64,000 bases of DNA from Candidatus Alloruminococcus vanvlietii (GTDB lineage: Bacteria; Bacillota; Clostridia; Oscillospirales; Ruminococcaceae), in the NCBI GenBank assembly GCA_904420505.1, contig CAJFVS010000025.1, positions 21,004 through 85,003 on the forward strand, given 5' to 3'. The notes under the pieces are model-generated. The model was given only the letters and a program-made list of their open reading frames with translations, ran no database searches and was not told where the DNA came from. Within the stretch, counting starts at the first letter, position 1; each line of letters begins with the position of its first letter. A program made the position numbers and the translations under genes. Shown in pieces: positions 47,982-56,997 of the stretch.

Positions 47982-48530
47982 ATGAACGAACACGTTGTAC
48001 AAATTGTCTCGCGCATCAAAGAGCTCAGAGAAATTTTAGACCTCTCTGTAGAAGAAATGGCTAAAAAGGTGGGCGTATCGGTCGTCGAATACCAAGACTA
48101 CGAGAATTTGAAAAACGAACTGCCCATTAGCCTGCTGTACAAAATTGCAGCGGTATTAAACGTAGACGCTACCGTGCTCTTAACCGGCGAAGCCCCCAGG
48201 ATGAACGCATACACCATTGTCAGAAAAGGGACCGGCGTATCTGTCGAACGCTACCCTGGGTATGCGTTTTCCTCTTTGGCGTTTAATTACCAAAACCGCG
48301 ATATGGAGCCCCTTTTGGTATCGCTTGACAGCAAGGACGAACCCGCCGAGCTGGTAAGCCATGGCGGCCAGGAATTCAACTACGTTTTGGAAGGGAAAGT
48401 ATGCGTGGTATACGGCAAGCATGAGTTTATCCTCAACGCCGGCGACTGCATTTACTTTGACCCCACCATGCCCCACGGGCAAAAAGCCGTAGACGGGCCT
48501 GCTCAATTTATCACCATCATCAACGAATAA
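47982..48530 (+). CDS. XRE-family HTH regulator with C-terminal cupin domain
   Basis: ATG 47982 lies 7 nt after AGGAGGAA. HTH (…LSVEEMAKKVGVSVVEYQDYEN…) plus a cupin (…HGGQEFNYVLEGKV…). Confidence 0.85.
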   Translation: MNEHVVQIVSRIKELREILDLSVEEMAKKVGVSVVEYQDYENLKNELPISLLYKIAAVLNVDATVLLTGEAPRMNAYTIVRKGTGVSVERYPGYAFSSLAFNYQNRDMEPLLVSLDSKDEPAELVSHGGQEFNYVLEGKVCVVYGKHEFILNAGDCIYFDPTMPHGQKAVDGPAQFITIINE

Positions 48531-48542
48531 GAGGGAATCCAT

Positions 48543-50204
48543 ATGATTGAAAAATTTTTAAAACGCACCGAATTTACAAGCTACGAGGATTTTAAAGAAA
48601 ACTATAAAATTGAAATACCCGACCATTTTAACTTTGCCTTTGACGTGGTGGACGAATGGGCCCGGCAAGACCCCTTAAAGCCCGCTTTGGTATGGGTAAA
48701 CGACAACGATGAAGAAGCGCGTTACACGTTTCGGGACATGATGGAAATGTCCAACCGGGCGGCCAACTTTCTGCGCGCCAAGGGCATTCAAAAAGGCGAT
48801 GCGGTTTTGCTTATGCTCAAACAGCGGGTGGAGGCCTGGGTGTGCTTTTTGGCGCTGCACAAAATCGGGGCCATCTGCATCCCGGCTACTTTCCAGCTAA
48901 AAGCGCACGACATCGAATACCGCTGCAACGCTGCATCGGTAAAAATGATTATTGTGGTAGACGATGAAGGAATGCTTGCAAGCATTGAACAGGCGCGCCC
49001 CAAATGCAAAACACTGCAAAAGGTGTGCGTGGTGGGCGAACATGTAAAAGAAGGCTACATCGATTTTCGCAAGGAAGTAAAAATCTTCCCCATCACCTAT
49101 CCGCGCCCCACGGGGGAGGAACGCAACGAAAACACCGACCCCATGCTCATGTATTTTTCTTCCGGCACCACCGGCATGCCCAAGATGATTTTGCACAATT
49201 ACCTGTATCCTTTGGGGCATATCACCACCGCCAAGTACTGGCAGCAGGTGGAAGACGGCGGGCTGCACCTGACCATGTCCGATTCGGGCTGGGCAAAATT
49301 TGGCTGGGGCAAAATTTACGGCCAGTGGATTTGCGGTGCGGTGATTGTGGCCTATGACACCGAAAAGTTTAACCCCCACCATCTGCTTACCACCATGAAC
49401 CGGCTGCGCTTAACCACCTTCTGCGCGCCGCCGACCATTTACCGCTTTTTGATTAAAGAGGATTTATCCATCTGCGATTTTTCCTCCATCAAGCATTGTT
49501 CCATCGCGGGCGAGCCGTTAAACCCCGCCGTGTTCGACGCCTTTTACAAAGCCACCGGCTTAAAAGTAACCGAAGGCTTTGGTCAAACCGAAACCACCGT
49601 AATTTTGGCAAATTACCCGTGGTTTCCCATTAAACCCGGTTCCACCGGCAAACCCTCGCCCTTGTATGATATCGATTTGGTGGACGAAAACGGCAACTCC
49701 TGCGAGGACGGCATTGTGGGCACCATTGTGGTGCGCAATCTCTCCAAGCATTATCCGCCGGGGCTGTTCCAAACCTATTACCACGACGACGAAGCCAACG
49801 CGCGCTCTTTTCAGCACGACTATTACTCCACCGGCGACACCGCCTGGCGCGACAGCGACGGCTACTACTGGTTTGTGGGGCGCAACGACGACGTTATCAA
49901 ATGCTCAGGCTACCGCATCGGCCCCTTTGAGGTGGAAAGCGCGTTATTGACCCACCCCAGCGTGCTGGAATGCGCTGTAACCGCCGCGCCCGACCCGATT
50001 CGCGGGCAGGTGGTAAAGGCAACGGTGGTTTTGGCGCGCGGCTATACCCCCAGCGAAGAGCTGAAAAAAGAGCTGCAAAACCATGTAAAAGCCGAAACCG
50101 CCCCTTACAAATACCCGCGCATTTTGGAATTTGTGGACGAGCTTCCCAAAACCATTAGCGGCAAAATCAAACGTGCGCAAATCCGCCAGAACGACCATGC
50201 ATAA
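48543..50204 (+). CDS. AMP-forming acyl-CoA synthetase (medium-chain type)
   Basis: 553 aa. AMP-binding motif YFSSGTTGMPK, ...YSTGD..., and a C-terminal ...GKIKR motif. Confidence 0.9.
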   Translation: MIEKFLKRTEFTSYEDFKENYKIEIPDHFNFAFDVVDEWARQDPLKPALVWVNDNDEEARYTFRDMMEMSNRAANFLRAKGIQKGDAVLLMLKQRVEAWVCFLALHKIGAICIPATFQLKAHDIEYRCNAASVKMIIVVDDEGMLASIEQARPKCKTLQKVCVVGEHVKEGYIDFRKEVKIFPITYPRPTGEERNENTDPMLMYFSSGTTGMPKMILHNYLYPLGHITTAKYWQQVEDGGLHLTMSDSGWAKFGWGKIYGQWICGAVIVAYDTEKFNPHHLLTTMNRLRLTTFCAPPTIYRFLIKEDLSICDFSSIKHCSIAGEPLNPAVFDAFYKATGLKVTEGFGQTETTVILANYPWFPIKPGSTGKPSPLYDIDLVDENGNSCEDGIVGTIVVRNLSKHYPPGLFQTYYHDDEANARSFQHDYYSTGDTAWRDSDGYYWFVGRNDDVIKCSGYRIGPFEVESALLTHPSVLECAVTAAPDPIRGQVVKATVVLARGYTPSEELKKELQNHVKAETAPYKYPRILEFVDELPKTISGKIKRAQIRQNDHA

Positions 50205-50209
50205 AACCC

Positions 50210-50240
50210 ATCCCCCGGTTTATAGCCGGGGGATTTTTGT
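50210..50240 (+). terminator. intrinsic terminator
   Basis: TCCCCCGG-tttatag-CCGGGGGA followed by TTTTTG. Confidence 0.8.
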
Positions 50241-50400
50241 TGTTTGTTTTTGCTTTCTTCACAGCTTGTTCGCATATGCGCGCTAAAATAAAACCATCGT
50301 TTTGCTGCTATTGGGCAACCGTTGCAAACCGTTATGCGATATTGTATACTATATCTTATAATTTTAAATGCCGCATTTTGCAGAGAAGGAGGTTTTTTCT

Positions 50401-51267
50401 ATGCCAAAAGTCAAAATCATCACCGATTCCAGCTGCGATTTTTCCAAAGAATACGCCGAATCCTTAGGGATAGCCCTGGTGGATTTGCCGGTGTTTTTCG
50501 GCACCCGCAATTTTGAAGAAGAACCCGACCGTTCCACTTCGCATTTTTGGGGGATGGTGCGCACCAGCCATGCATTCCCAACCGCCTTGCAGCCCAGCCC
50601 GCAGGATTTTTTACGCACTTTTTTGCAGTTTGAAGATTTTGACGATATCCTCTGCATTACCGTCAGCTCCAAATCCTCCCAAACTTTTCACAGCGCCTGT
50701 TTGGCGCGCCAAATGCTCATCGAACGGGGAGGCTTTGCCCCCCATATCCATGTGGTGGACTCGCAAAACGCATCCATCGGCCTTGGCTTGATGGCGCGCC
50801 AAGCGGCCAATTTGGCACAGCAAGGGCAAAGCGCGCCGGAAATTATGCGCCGTTTGGAATTTATGCGCACGCGCCTTTCGCTGTATTTTGTACTGGATTC
50901 CCTGGAATATGTGCACCACGCCGGGCGCGTGGGCGCCCTGAAAGCCTTTTTGGGCCAAACGCTGAAAATCAAGCCCGTGCTTACCCTTTTAAAGGGCGTT
51001 CCGGTGGAGGTTTCCAAAACCCTTGGGATAAGCCAGGCAATGCAAAATGTCATCGACCGTTTTGCATCCCTTGCCGCCAGCCACAGCGAAGTGGCCATTG
51101 TTCATGCGCATGCATCCTCCCTGGCCGACGCCCTGGCCAAAAAGCTAAAAGCGCTTTATCAAAACATCAAAATCGAACGCTTTGAAGCAGGCCCCGCCAT
51201 TGCTTCGCTTACCGGGCCGGGCGGCATTGGGCTGGCATTTTTGGAAAAATCCGCGCGATTTGCATAA
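50401..51267 (+). CDS. DegV-family fatty-acid-binding protein
   Basis: ATG 50401 follows GAAGGAGG. MPKVKIITDSSCDFSKEYAESLGI... is a typical DegV N-terminus. Confidence 0.85.
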   Translation: MPKVKIITDSSCDFSKEYAESLGIALVDLPVFFGTRNFEEEPDRSTSHFWGMVRTSHAFPTALQPSPQDFLRTFLQFEDFDDILCITVSSKSSQTFHSACLARQMLIERGGFAPHIHVVDSQNASIGLGLMARQAANLAQQGQSAPEIMRRLEFMRTRLSLYFVLDSLEYVHHAGRVGALKAFLGQTLKIKPVLTLLKGVPVEVSKTLGISQAMQNVIDRFASLAASHSEVAIVHAHASSLADALAKKLKALYQNIKIERFEAGPAIASLTGPGGIGLAFLEKSARFA

Positions 51268-51367
51268 AACCACCGCAAATGGGGATATGCCGCACCGGCA
51301 TGTCCCTTTTTTTATGCAAAAATTTGTGCTAAAATAATACAAACAAGTGTTGAAAGGAGCTTTTGCT

Positions 51368-52366
51368 ATGATAAAACGCTTACTATGTGTGTCCCTTGCA
51401 GCGTGTTTGCTGGCGCTTTCGCTGGCTGCATGCACCAAAAGCGGGCCTACACAGCAGCTTGGGTTTGACCCTGACAACCCGCCTTCGTCCTCCTCTGCAT
51501 CCTCTTCGCCTGCAAGCGAATCTTCCCAATCGCAGCAAACGTCCTCGCAAAGCAGCACCATCACCCTGCCCAGCGACCCTGTGCAAAACGAAACCCACCG
51601 CGCTGTAGCCGAGCGCTTTGTCAACGCTTTGTGTTCGCATGATATCGCAACCATCAACGAGCTGACCAGCGCCAACGAAGGAATTTACAACCAACTGGAA
51701 AACGTGACTTTCAGCAATGTGGTATTGGGGGTAACATCCGAAAACGCCGACCCCAACCTTTACAGCGAATACACCCTTTCCTTTCACACCAACGAAGGGC
51801 AGACCGTCCTGCCAAGCGGCGATTATTCCTACCAGTTTGCCGTAGGCATGGCCCCTTATTCGGAAAAAGTGGGCATTCTGGATTTTGAAAGCACCACCAC
51901 CCAAAACCCCGATAACCTGCCCTACCAAAACGAAGCGGCCGCCCTTGCTTCTTTGTATATCGGCTTTTTCGGCACCACCGAATTTGCTACCCCCAGCGAT
52001 TTGAGCAGCCACGATATTTTGGAATTTGCCTTAATTTATATGATGAGCTTTTCCCCCGATACGGAAACCACGGTGGAAAATGTGCACAATGTCATAAGCC
52101 AGCTGTTTGGCATAACCGGCTTTGACGGGCGCGACAGCGTGATGTACGACGCCGAAACCGACAGCTACGTCCTGCTTGGGCGCGGCGGGCTTTCGATGAA
52201 TTACCACGTTTCCCAAAGCTATATTGACCCTGCCTCCGGGCAGTATGTTGTGGTTGCTTCGTTTTACAACGACCCTTTGCAGCTGTTTGCCCAATCGCAG
52301 ATGCGCTTTACTTTCCAGAAAAATGACGACGGCACCTTCCGGTTTGTGTCCGGCGTAAAACAATAG
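51368..52366 (+). CDS. lipoprotein with Ser-rich linker, unknown function
   Basis: ATG 51368 follows GAAAGGAG. Lipobox LALSLAACTKS. Confidence 0.65.
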   Translation: MIKRLLCVSLAACLLALSLAACTKSGPTQQLGFDPDNPPSSSSASSSPASESSQSQQTSSQSSTITLPSDPVQNETHRAVAERFVNALCSHDIATINELTSANEGIYNQLENVTFSNVVLGVTSENADPNLYSEYTLSFHTNEGQTVLPSGDYSYQFAVGMAPYSEKVGILDFESTTTQNPDNLPYQNEAAALASLYIGFFGTTEFATPSDLSSHDILEFALIYMMSFSPDTETTVENVHNVISQLFGITGFDGRDSVMYDAETDSYVLLGRGGLSMNYHVSQSYIDPASGQYVVVASFYNDPLQLFAQSQMRFTFQKNDDGTFRFVSGVKQ

Positions 52367-52380
52367 CTTATCCAAATCCA

Positions 52381-52411
52381 AACGCCGGCAGAAGGCTCTG
52401 CCGGCGTTTTT
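52381..52411 (+). terminator. intrinsic terminator
   Basis: AACGCCGGCAG-aaggct-CTGCCGGCGTT followed by TTT. Confidence 0.75.
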
Positions 52412-52510
52412 ATGCGCAGGGGCCGCCTTTGCCCCTTTTCCTATCGCGTTTATTTGCCCCCATGTAGTGCAAATGCCCAAAATATCCGCTGCGCACAGGG
52501 GCAGGCATAT

Positions 52511-52542
52511 AAAAAAACGGACGAAAATTTCGTCCGTTTTTT
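52511..52542. terminator. bidirectional intrinsic terminator
   Basis: ACGGACG-aaaattt-CGTCCGT, flanked by A7 and T6, 4 nt from the MBL gene stop. Confidence 0.75.
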
Positions 52543-52545
52543 AGG

Positions 52546-53349
52546 TTACAGGGTTAAAATTTCGCCGTCGTCGGGCACAAACAAATTGCCGCCAAAATAC
52601 GCCTTGCCTTCGGCGGTGTACAAAGCCTTGCGCTCGCTTATATGGGTGTCCTCGGTGTGCCATAGCACCAGGTTTTCTACGTTTAACGCGCTGGCCAGTT
52701 CACAGGCGTCCTTTACGGTGCTGTGGTGTTTTTCATAGGGCTTAAAGGTTTCCCGTTCGCCATACAGGCAAAATGCCTCGCTTAACAGCCAGCCGCTGTT
52801 TTTCACGTATTCTTCGCAGGTGGGCGAATACGGCTCGTCGCCCATGCAGGTAAACCGCTTACCGTTTTGCAAACGGGTGGTAAAGCCAAACTGGGGGGCT
52901 TTGGTGGAGTGGATATCAAAAAACGTGACCGGGTAGTGCAAAATCTGCCTGGTTTCCCCATCCTGCACCGGTACAAACACAATGCGCTCATCAAACAGGC
53001 GGGTCACTTTTTTTTGCAGCGTCAATTCACAGATGGTGCGAATCGTGCCCACAAGCCCGCTGTGGCAATAGATGTACAAATTCCCCTCGTATTTGCTTGC
53101 AAGCATCATGGTGCCGATTTTGCGGATCATCCACGGCATGCCCAGAATATGGTCGGTGTGCTCGTGGGTGACAAAAATGTGGTGGATTTTTTTAGGGTCT
53201 ATCTGCATATCCTGTAAAATGCGCAAAATCCCGTTGCCGCCGCCGGCGTCTACCATAAAGTATTCCTCGCCGTCGTACAAGGCAAAACAGGTGTTATAGC
53301 AGCGGGTCACCATAGCGTTGCCGGTGCCCAAAACGTATAATTTTTCCAT
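52546..53349 (-). CDS. MBL-fold metallo-hydrolase
   Basis: ORF 52546..53427, ATG 53349. HxHxDH motif (THEHTDHILG). Confidence 0.85.
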   Translation of the reverse strand: MEKLYVLGTGNAMVTRCYNTCFALYDGEEYFMVDAGGGNGILRILQDMQIDPKKIHHIFVTHEHTDHILGMPWMIRKIGTMMLASKYEGNLYIYCHSGLVGTIRTICELTLQKKVTRLFDERIVFVPVQDGETRQILHYPVTFFDIHSTKAPQFGFTTRLQNGKRFTCMGDEPYSPTCEEYVKNSGWLLSEAFCLYGERETFKPYEKHHSTVKDACELASALNVENLVLWHTEDTHISERKALYTAEGKAYFGGNLFVPDDGEILTL

Positions 53350-53505
53350 ATTGTATCCCGCTTTCTGCAAGGTTTTTTGCTTTTTTATTATCGCATACAC
53401 GCCCCATGAAAGCAAGGCAAAATCCAAATGGGGCCGTAAAATCTTGACAGAACCGGCCCAATTTGGATAGAATGAATTATAAACTGTTGCAAAGGAGCCG
53501 CTGCC

Positions 53506-54771
53506 ATGCCCTTACACAAACCCACCCAATCCATCCGACAAAACCCCATGCTGGCGGTGATGGCGGTGCTTGACCTCAGCTTGTTTGTTTTTGCTTTTCT
53601 GTTGCAGCCGCCTTTGCAGGTTTTGCAGGGCTTTGTGCAGATTGTGCTGGCGCCTTGCGGGTTAATCACCGACTATTTCGCTTTAGCGGGCGCGGGCGCT
53701 GCGTTTTTCAATGCCGGGGTGGTAATGCTTATCGGCATTGTGATTACGCTTATATTAAAACTGCATTACACCGGCGCTACCGTTTCCAGCTTAAGCTTGA
53801 TGGCCGGGTTTGCGCTGTTTGGCAAAAATGCGCTGAACATCCTGCCGATACTGCTGGGCGTTTATTTGTATTCGCTTTACCAGCGGGAGAGTTTTTCCAA
53901 ATATGTGTACATGGCGTTTTTTGGCACCTGTTTGGGGCCGGTTGTCAGCGAATTTGCCGCATATCTGCCGTTTGCGCTGCCGGTGCGTTTGGGGCTTGCC
54001 ATCCTGGCCGGGGTGCTTATTGGGTTTATTTTGCCGCCCATTGGCTCTTATACATTGCGCATCCACCAGGGGTATAATTTGTATAACATGGGCTTTGCCG
54101 CAGGCCTTGTAGGGCTTTTGGTCATGGCGTTTACCAAATCCATGGGCTATGTGCCCGATACCCCCACTGTCTGGGGAACCGGTTACAACCTGCCCATGGC
54201 GGTATATTTGTTTGTTTTGTTTTTTGCAATGGTTTTGCTGGGGTTTGTATTAAACGGCTGTACCTTCCGCGACCTTCTGCGCATTACCCGCCATACCGGG
54301 CGTTCGGTGGCCGATTTTGTCACAATGGACGGCTTCCCGGTAACGCTTATGAATATGGGGCTGGTAGGCGCGGCTGCCACTTTGTATATCCTGCTCATCG
54401 GCGGGGACTTAAACGGCCCGACCATTGGCGGCATTTTTACCGTGATGGGCTTTGGCGCATTTGGCAAGCATTTAAAAAACATCCTGCCAATTATGCTGGG
54501 GGTCGTGCTCGGTTCGTTTATCAAAATCTGGAGTTTGACCGACCCTTCCATTCAAATTGCCTCTTTGTTTTGCACCGCGCTTGCCCCTATTGCCGGGCAG
54601 TTTGGGTTTTTCTGGGGCGTTTTGGCGGGGTTGATGCATTCCTCCATTGTGCTGTGCACCGGCGTGCTGCACGGGGGGTTAAACCTTTACAACAACGGGT
54701 TTGCCGCCGGGATGGTGTGCATTATCCTCATCCCCTTAATTGAAGTGTTTAAAAAGGAGAAAGAATTATGA
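53506..54771 (+). CDS. polytopic membrane protein, possibly DUF1576 family (two internal repeats)
   Basis: 421 aa with an AAAGGAG SD and about 12 hydrophobic helices. The DUF1576 assignment is from memory and is tentative. Confidence 0.5.
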   Translation: MPLHKPTQSIRQNPMLAVMAVLDLSLFVFAFLLQPPLQVLQGFVQIVLAPCGLITDYFALAGAGAAFFNAGVVMLIGIVITLILKLHYTGATVSSLSLMAGFALFGKNALNILPILLGVYLYSLYQRESFSKYVYMAFFGTCLGPVVSEFAAYLPFALPVRLGLAILAGVLIGFILPPIGSYTLRIHQGYNLYNMGFAAGLVGLLVMAFTKSMGYVPDTPTVWGTGYNLPMAVYLFVLFFAMVLLGFVLNGCTFRDLLRITRHTGRSVADFVTMDGFPVTLMNMGLVGAAATLYILLIGGDLNGPTIGGIFTVMGFGAFGKHLKNILPIMLGVVLGSFIKIWSLTDPSIQIASLFCTALAPIAGQFGFFWGVLAGLMHSSIVLCTGVLHGGLNLYNNGFAAGMVCIILIPLIEVFKKEKEL

Positions 54772-55118
54772 AGCATATCAAAAAACGGATATCCAAAACC
54801 ATTGACGAGATGATGCTGTTTTTCTTTTCCATCGGCTGCCAGAATATCAACATCCAGTTTGATAAAGTAGAAAACGGCTACCGCATTACCTTAAAAGGGC
54901 CGTTTGACCCCCAAAAAAGCGAAAGCATTAAAACGCTAGACAAGTACCTCAACGCCCCCAAAGACGCCTCTATTTTGGAATGTTTTTGGGAACTGGCCGG
55001 CGAAAGCGACATGAACACGGACAGCGAGCTGTATCTGGTGGGGCAGATGATCGACAGCGCGGACATCCAAACACAGGGCAATTATTTAACCGTTGTGCTC
55101 AACAAACAGTTTGATTAA
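54768..55118 (+). CDS. small cytoplasmic hypothetical protein, translationally coupled to the preceding membrane protein
   Basis: 116 aa. The ATG overlaps the upstream stop (ATGA). I recognise no family. Confidence 0.5.
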   Translation: MKHIKKRISKTIDEMMLFFFSIGCQNINIQFDKVENGYRITLKGPFDPQKSESIKTLDKYLNAPKDASILECFWELAGESDMNTDSELYLVGQMIDSADIQTQGNYLTVVLNKQFD

Positions 55119-55123
55119 ATGGC

Positions 55124-55150
55124 AAGCCGGCGAAAAACGCCGGCTTTTTG
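55124..55150 (+). terminator. intrinsic terminator
   Basis: AAGCCGGCG-aaaaa-CGCCGGCTT followed by TTTG. Confidence 0.8.
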
Positions 55151-55167
55151 TTTGCATGCTTTTGGCA

Positions 55168-55196
55168 TTGACAGATTGGCCGGCAGGTGGTATGCT
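55168..55196 (+). promoter_or_regulatory. sigma-70-type promoter of the ZIP transporter gene
   Basis: TTGACA (55168..55173), 17 nt, TATGCT (55191..55196). Confidence 0.5.
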
Positions 55197-55264
55197 GTAT
55201 ACATATTGGTTAGCTATTGCTAACTGTTTGCTGCTAGAAACATTCTTTGAAAGAGGGGGATTTT

Positions 55265-56056
55265 ATGCACGCGGTATTCTGGGCAAGCGTAGGCACGCTG
55301 TTCCCGTTTTTGATGACCGCCTTAGGCGCGGCGGTGGTGTTTTTGTTTGCAGGCAAATCGTCGGCCAGGTTTCAAAAAATGTCGCTGGGGTTTGCCGCAG
55401 GGGTGATGATTGCCGCATCGGTCTGGTCGCTGCTGCTTCCGGCGATTGCACAGGCGGAAGAACAGGGCAGCCCCGGCTGGCTGGTAGCTGGCGGAGGCTT
55501 TTTGCTGGGGGTTGTTTTTTTGCTTTTGCTGGATACGTTGATGCCCCATCTGCATGCGCAGGCTTCTTCCCCCGAGGGGATACACACCCACCTGGGCAAA
55601 AACACCCTATTATTTTTGGCGGTAACGCTGCACAACATCCCCGAGGGTATGGCCGTAGGGCTTGCCTTTGCATTGGGCGCCCAACAAGGCAGCGATTACA
55701 CCGCTTTTGCCAGCGCTTTGGCGCTGTGCATCGGCATGGGGGTTCAAAATTTCCCCGAGGGCGCCGCGATTTCCCTGCCGCTGAAGCAAGAAGGCATGAG
55801 CGCAAAAAAGGCGTTTGGTTTCGGCGCGCTTTCGGGCGTTGTAGAACCTGTTTTTGGCATCCTTACGGTGTTGGTAGCCGGTACGGTAAGCACGGCAATG
55901 CCATGGCTGCTTTCGTTTGCGGCGGGCGCCATGATGTATGTGGTGGTGGAAGAACTCATCCCCCAGGCGCATTTGGGGGAACACTCCAACGCCGGCACCA
56001 TAAGCGTAATGGCAGGCTTTGTTTTGATGATGATATTGGATATCGCTATGGGGTAA
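55265..56056 (+). CDS. zupT: ZIP-family divalent-metal transporter (ZupT-like)
   Basis: ATG 55265 follows AGAGGGGGA. HNIPEGMAVG and QNFPEGAAIS motifs, 8 TM helices. Confidence 0.85.
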   Translation: MHAVFWASVGTLFPFLMTALGAAVVFLFAGKSSARFQKMSLGFAAGVMIAASVWSLLLPAIAQAEEQGSPGWLVAGGGFLLGVVFLLLLDTLMPHLHAQASSPEGIHTHLGKNTLLFLAVTLHNIPEGMAVGLAFALGAQQGSDYTAFASALALCIGMGVQNFPEGAAISLPLKQEGMSAKKAFGFGALSGVVEPVFGILTVLVAGTVSTAMPWLLSFAAGAMMYVVVEELIPQAHLGEHSNAGTISVMAGFVLMMILDIAMG

Positions 56057-56076
56057 GCCTTTTAAAAAGGCAAAAC

Positions 56077-56110
56077 AAAAACCGCCCGGAATTTACCGGA
56101 CGGTTTTTTC
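56077..56110. terminator. bidirectional intrinsic terminator
   Basis: ACCGCCCGG-aattta-CCGGACGGT (one mismatch), flanked by an A-run and a T-run. Confidence 0.65.
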
Positions 56111-56121
56111 ACATGCAAAAT

Positions 56122-56754
56122 TTATTCTTTTTTGGTGCCGCATTCCTGGCAAAACGGCATATTGTTTACCTTACCGCAATGGGGGCATACCCAGGTTTCC
56201 CCTGCTGCGGCCTGTTGCACAGGCGGCTGGGCAGGCTGTGGCTGCTGTGCGGGCGCCTGTTGGGGTGCCTGCGGCTGTACCGGCTGCTGCGGCACCTGCT
56301 GCGGCTGGGAATATGTAGGCTGCACGTATTGTTTGATGGTCTGGATGCCCAGGGTTTTATCCGCCAAAGCAGATGCCAGCGGAATCCCTGCATCTTTGCC
56401 CATTGCCAGGCGGATAGCGCCATAGATAACCAACACCACAAACGCTACCTGAATAATGGTTACAATAATGTCCTCGGGTTTTACAAAGGCGCTAACCAGC
56501 GCAGCGGAGAGATTGAACATGGAGAAAAAGCTAATGAAAAAGCCGAATACGGCCTCTACCGCCCAAATAATCACTTTGCACAGAAGCAGCAAATACAGCC
56601 CCTGCAGGCACTGTTTGGTCAGCCATTCGTTTTTCTCGCACAAAACGGCGAATGCCAGCACCGCCACTACCAAGGTAGTCATACCAAAGCCGGCAAACAC
56701 AAATGCCAGCACCGCTACCATGGAAAGGCACAATCCATACTTTCCTTTTGTCAT
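56122..56754 (-). CDS. membrane protein with P/Q-rich linker and C-terminal zinc ribbon
   Basis: 210 aa. About 4 TM helices, then QPQQVPQQPVQPQAPQQAPAQQPQPAQPP, then CPHCGKVNNMPFCQECG. Confidence 0.65.
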   Translation of the reverse strand: MTKGKYGLCLSMVAVLAFVFAGFGMTTLVVAVLAFAVLCEKNEWLTKQCLQGLYLLLLCKVIIWAVEAVFGFFISFFSMFNLSAALVSAFVKPEDIIVTIIQVAFVVLVIYGAIRLAMGKDAGIPLASALADKTLGIQTIKQYVQPTYSQPQQVPQQPVQPQAPQQAPAQQPQPAQPPVQQAAAGETWVCPHCGKVNNMPFCQECGTKKE

Positions 56755-56997
56755 CCAAAAAGCCTCCTAACCGTTGTTATTGTATGCTTTGGGCGCTGTG
56801 CACACGGTTATCCATTCCCATAACAAACGCCCAAGCAACCCCATAAAGGAAATCCCCCTATGGAAGATCTTTCCTTTCTTTGATTATACAAAAGGATGGG
56901 CAAAATTACAAGCAAAGGCCGGGCAAAACTTTGAAAATCGGTTGTAAATACACAAATGTATGATAAAATATGGGTAAAATCTGTGAGGTGATCGCCT

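Noticed and set aside
55093-56823. 576-aa plus-strand ORF; also 58230..59381 (383 aa), 37631..38455 (274 aa), 15650..16759 (369 aa) and 56808..57647 (279 aa)
   Set aside because: All overlap well-supported genes in another frame or on the other strand (zupT-like, dehydrogenase, DUF1015, lipoprotein operon, ROK kinase). All translate to Arg/Cys/Gly/Pro-rich sequence without motifs.
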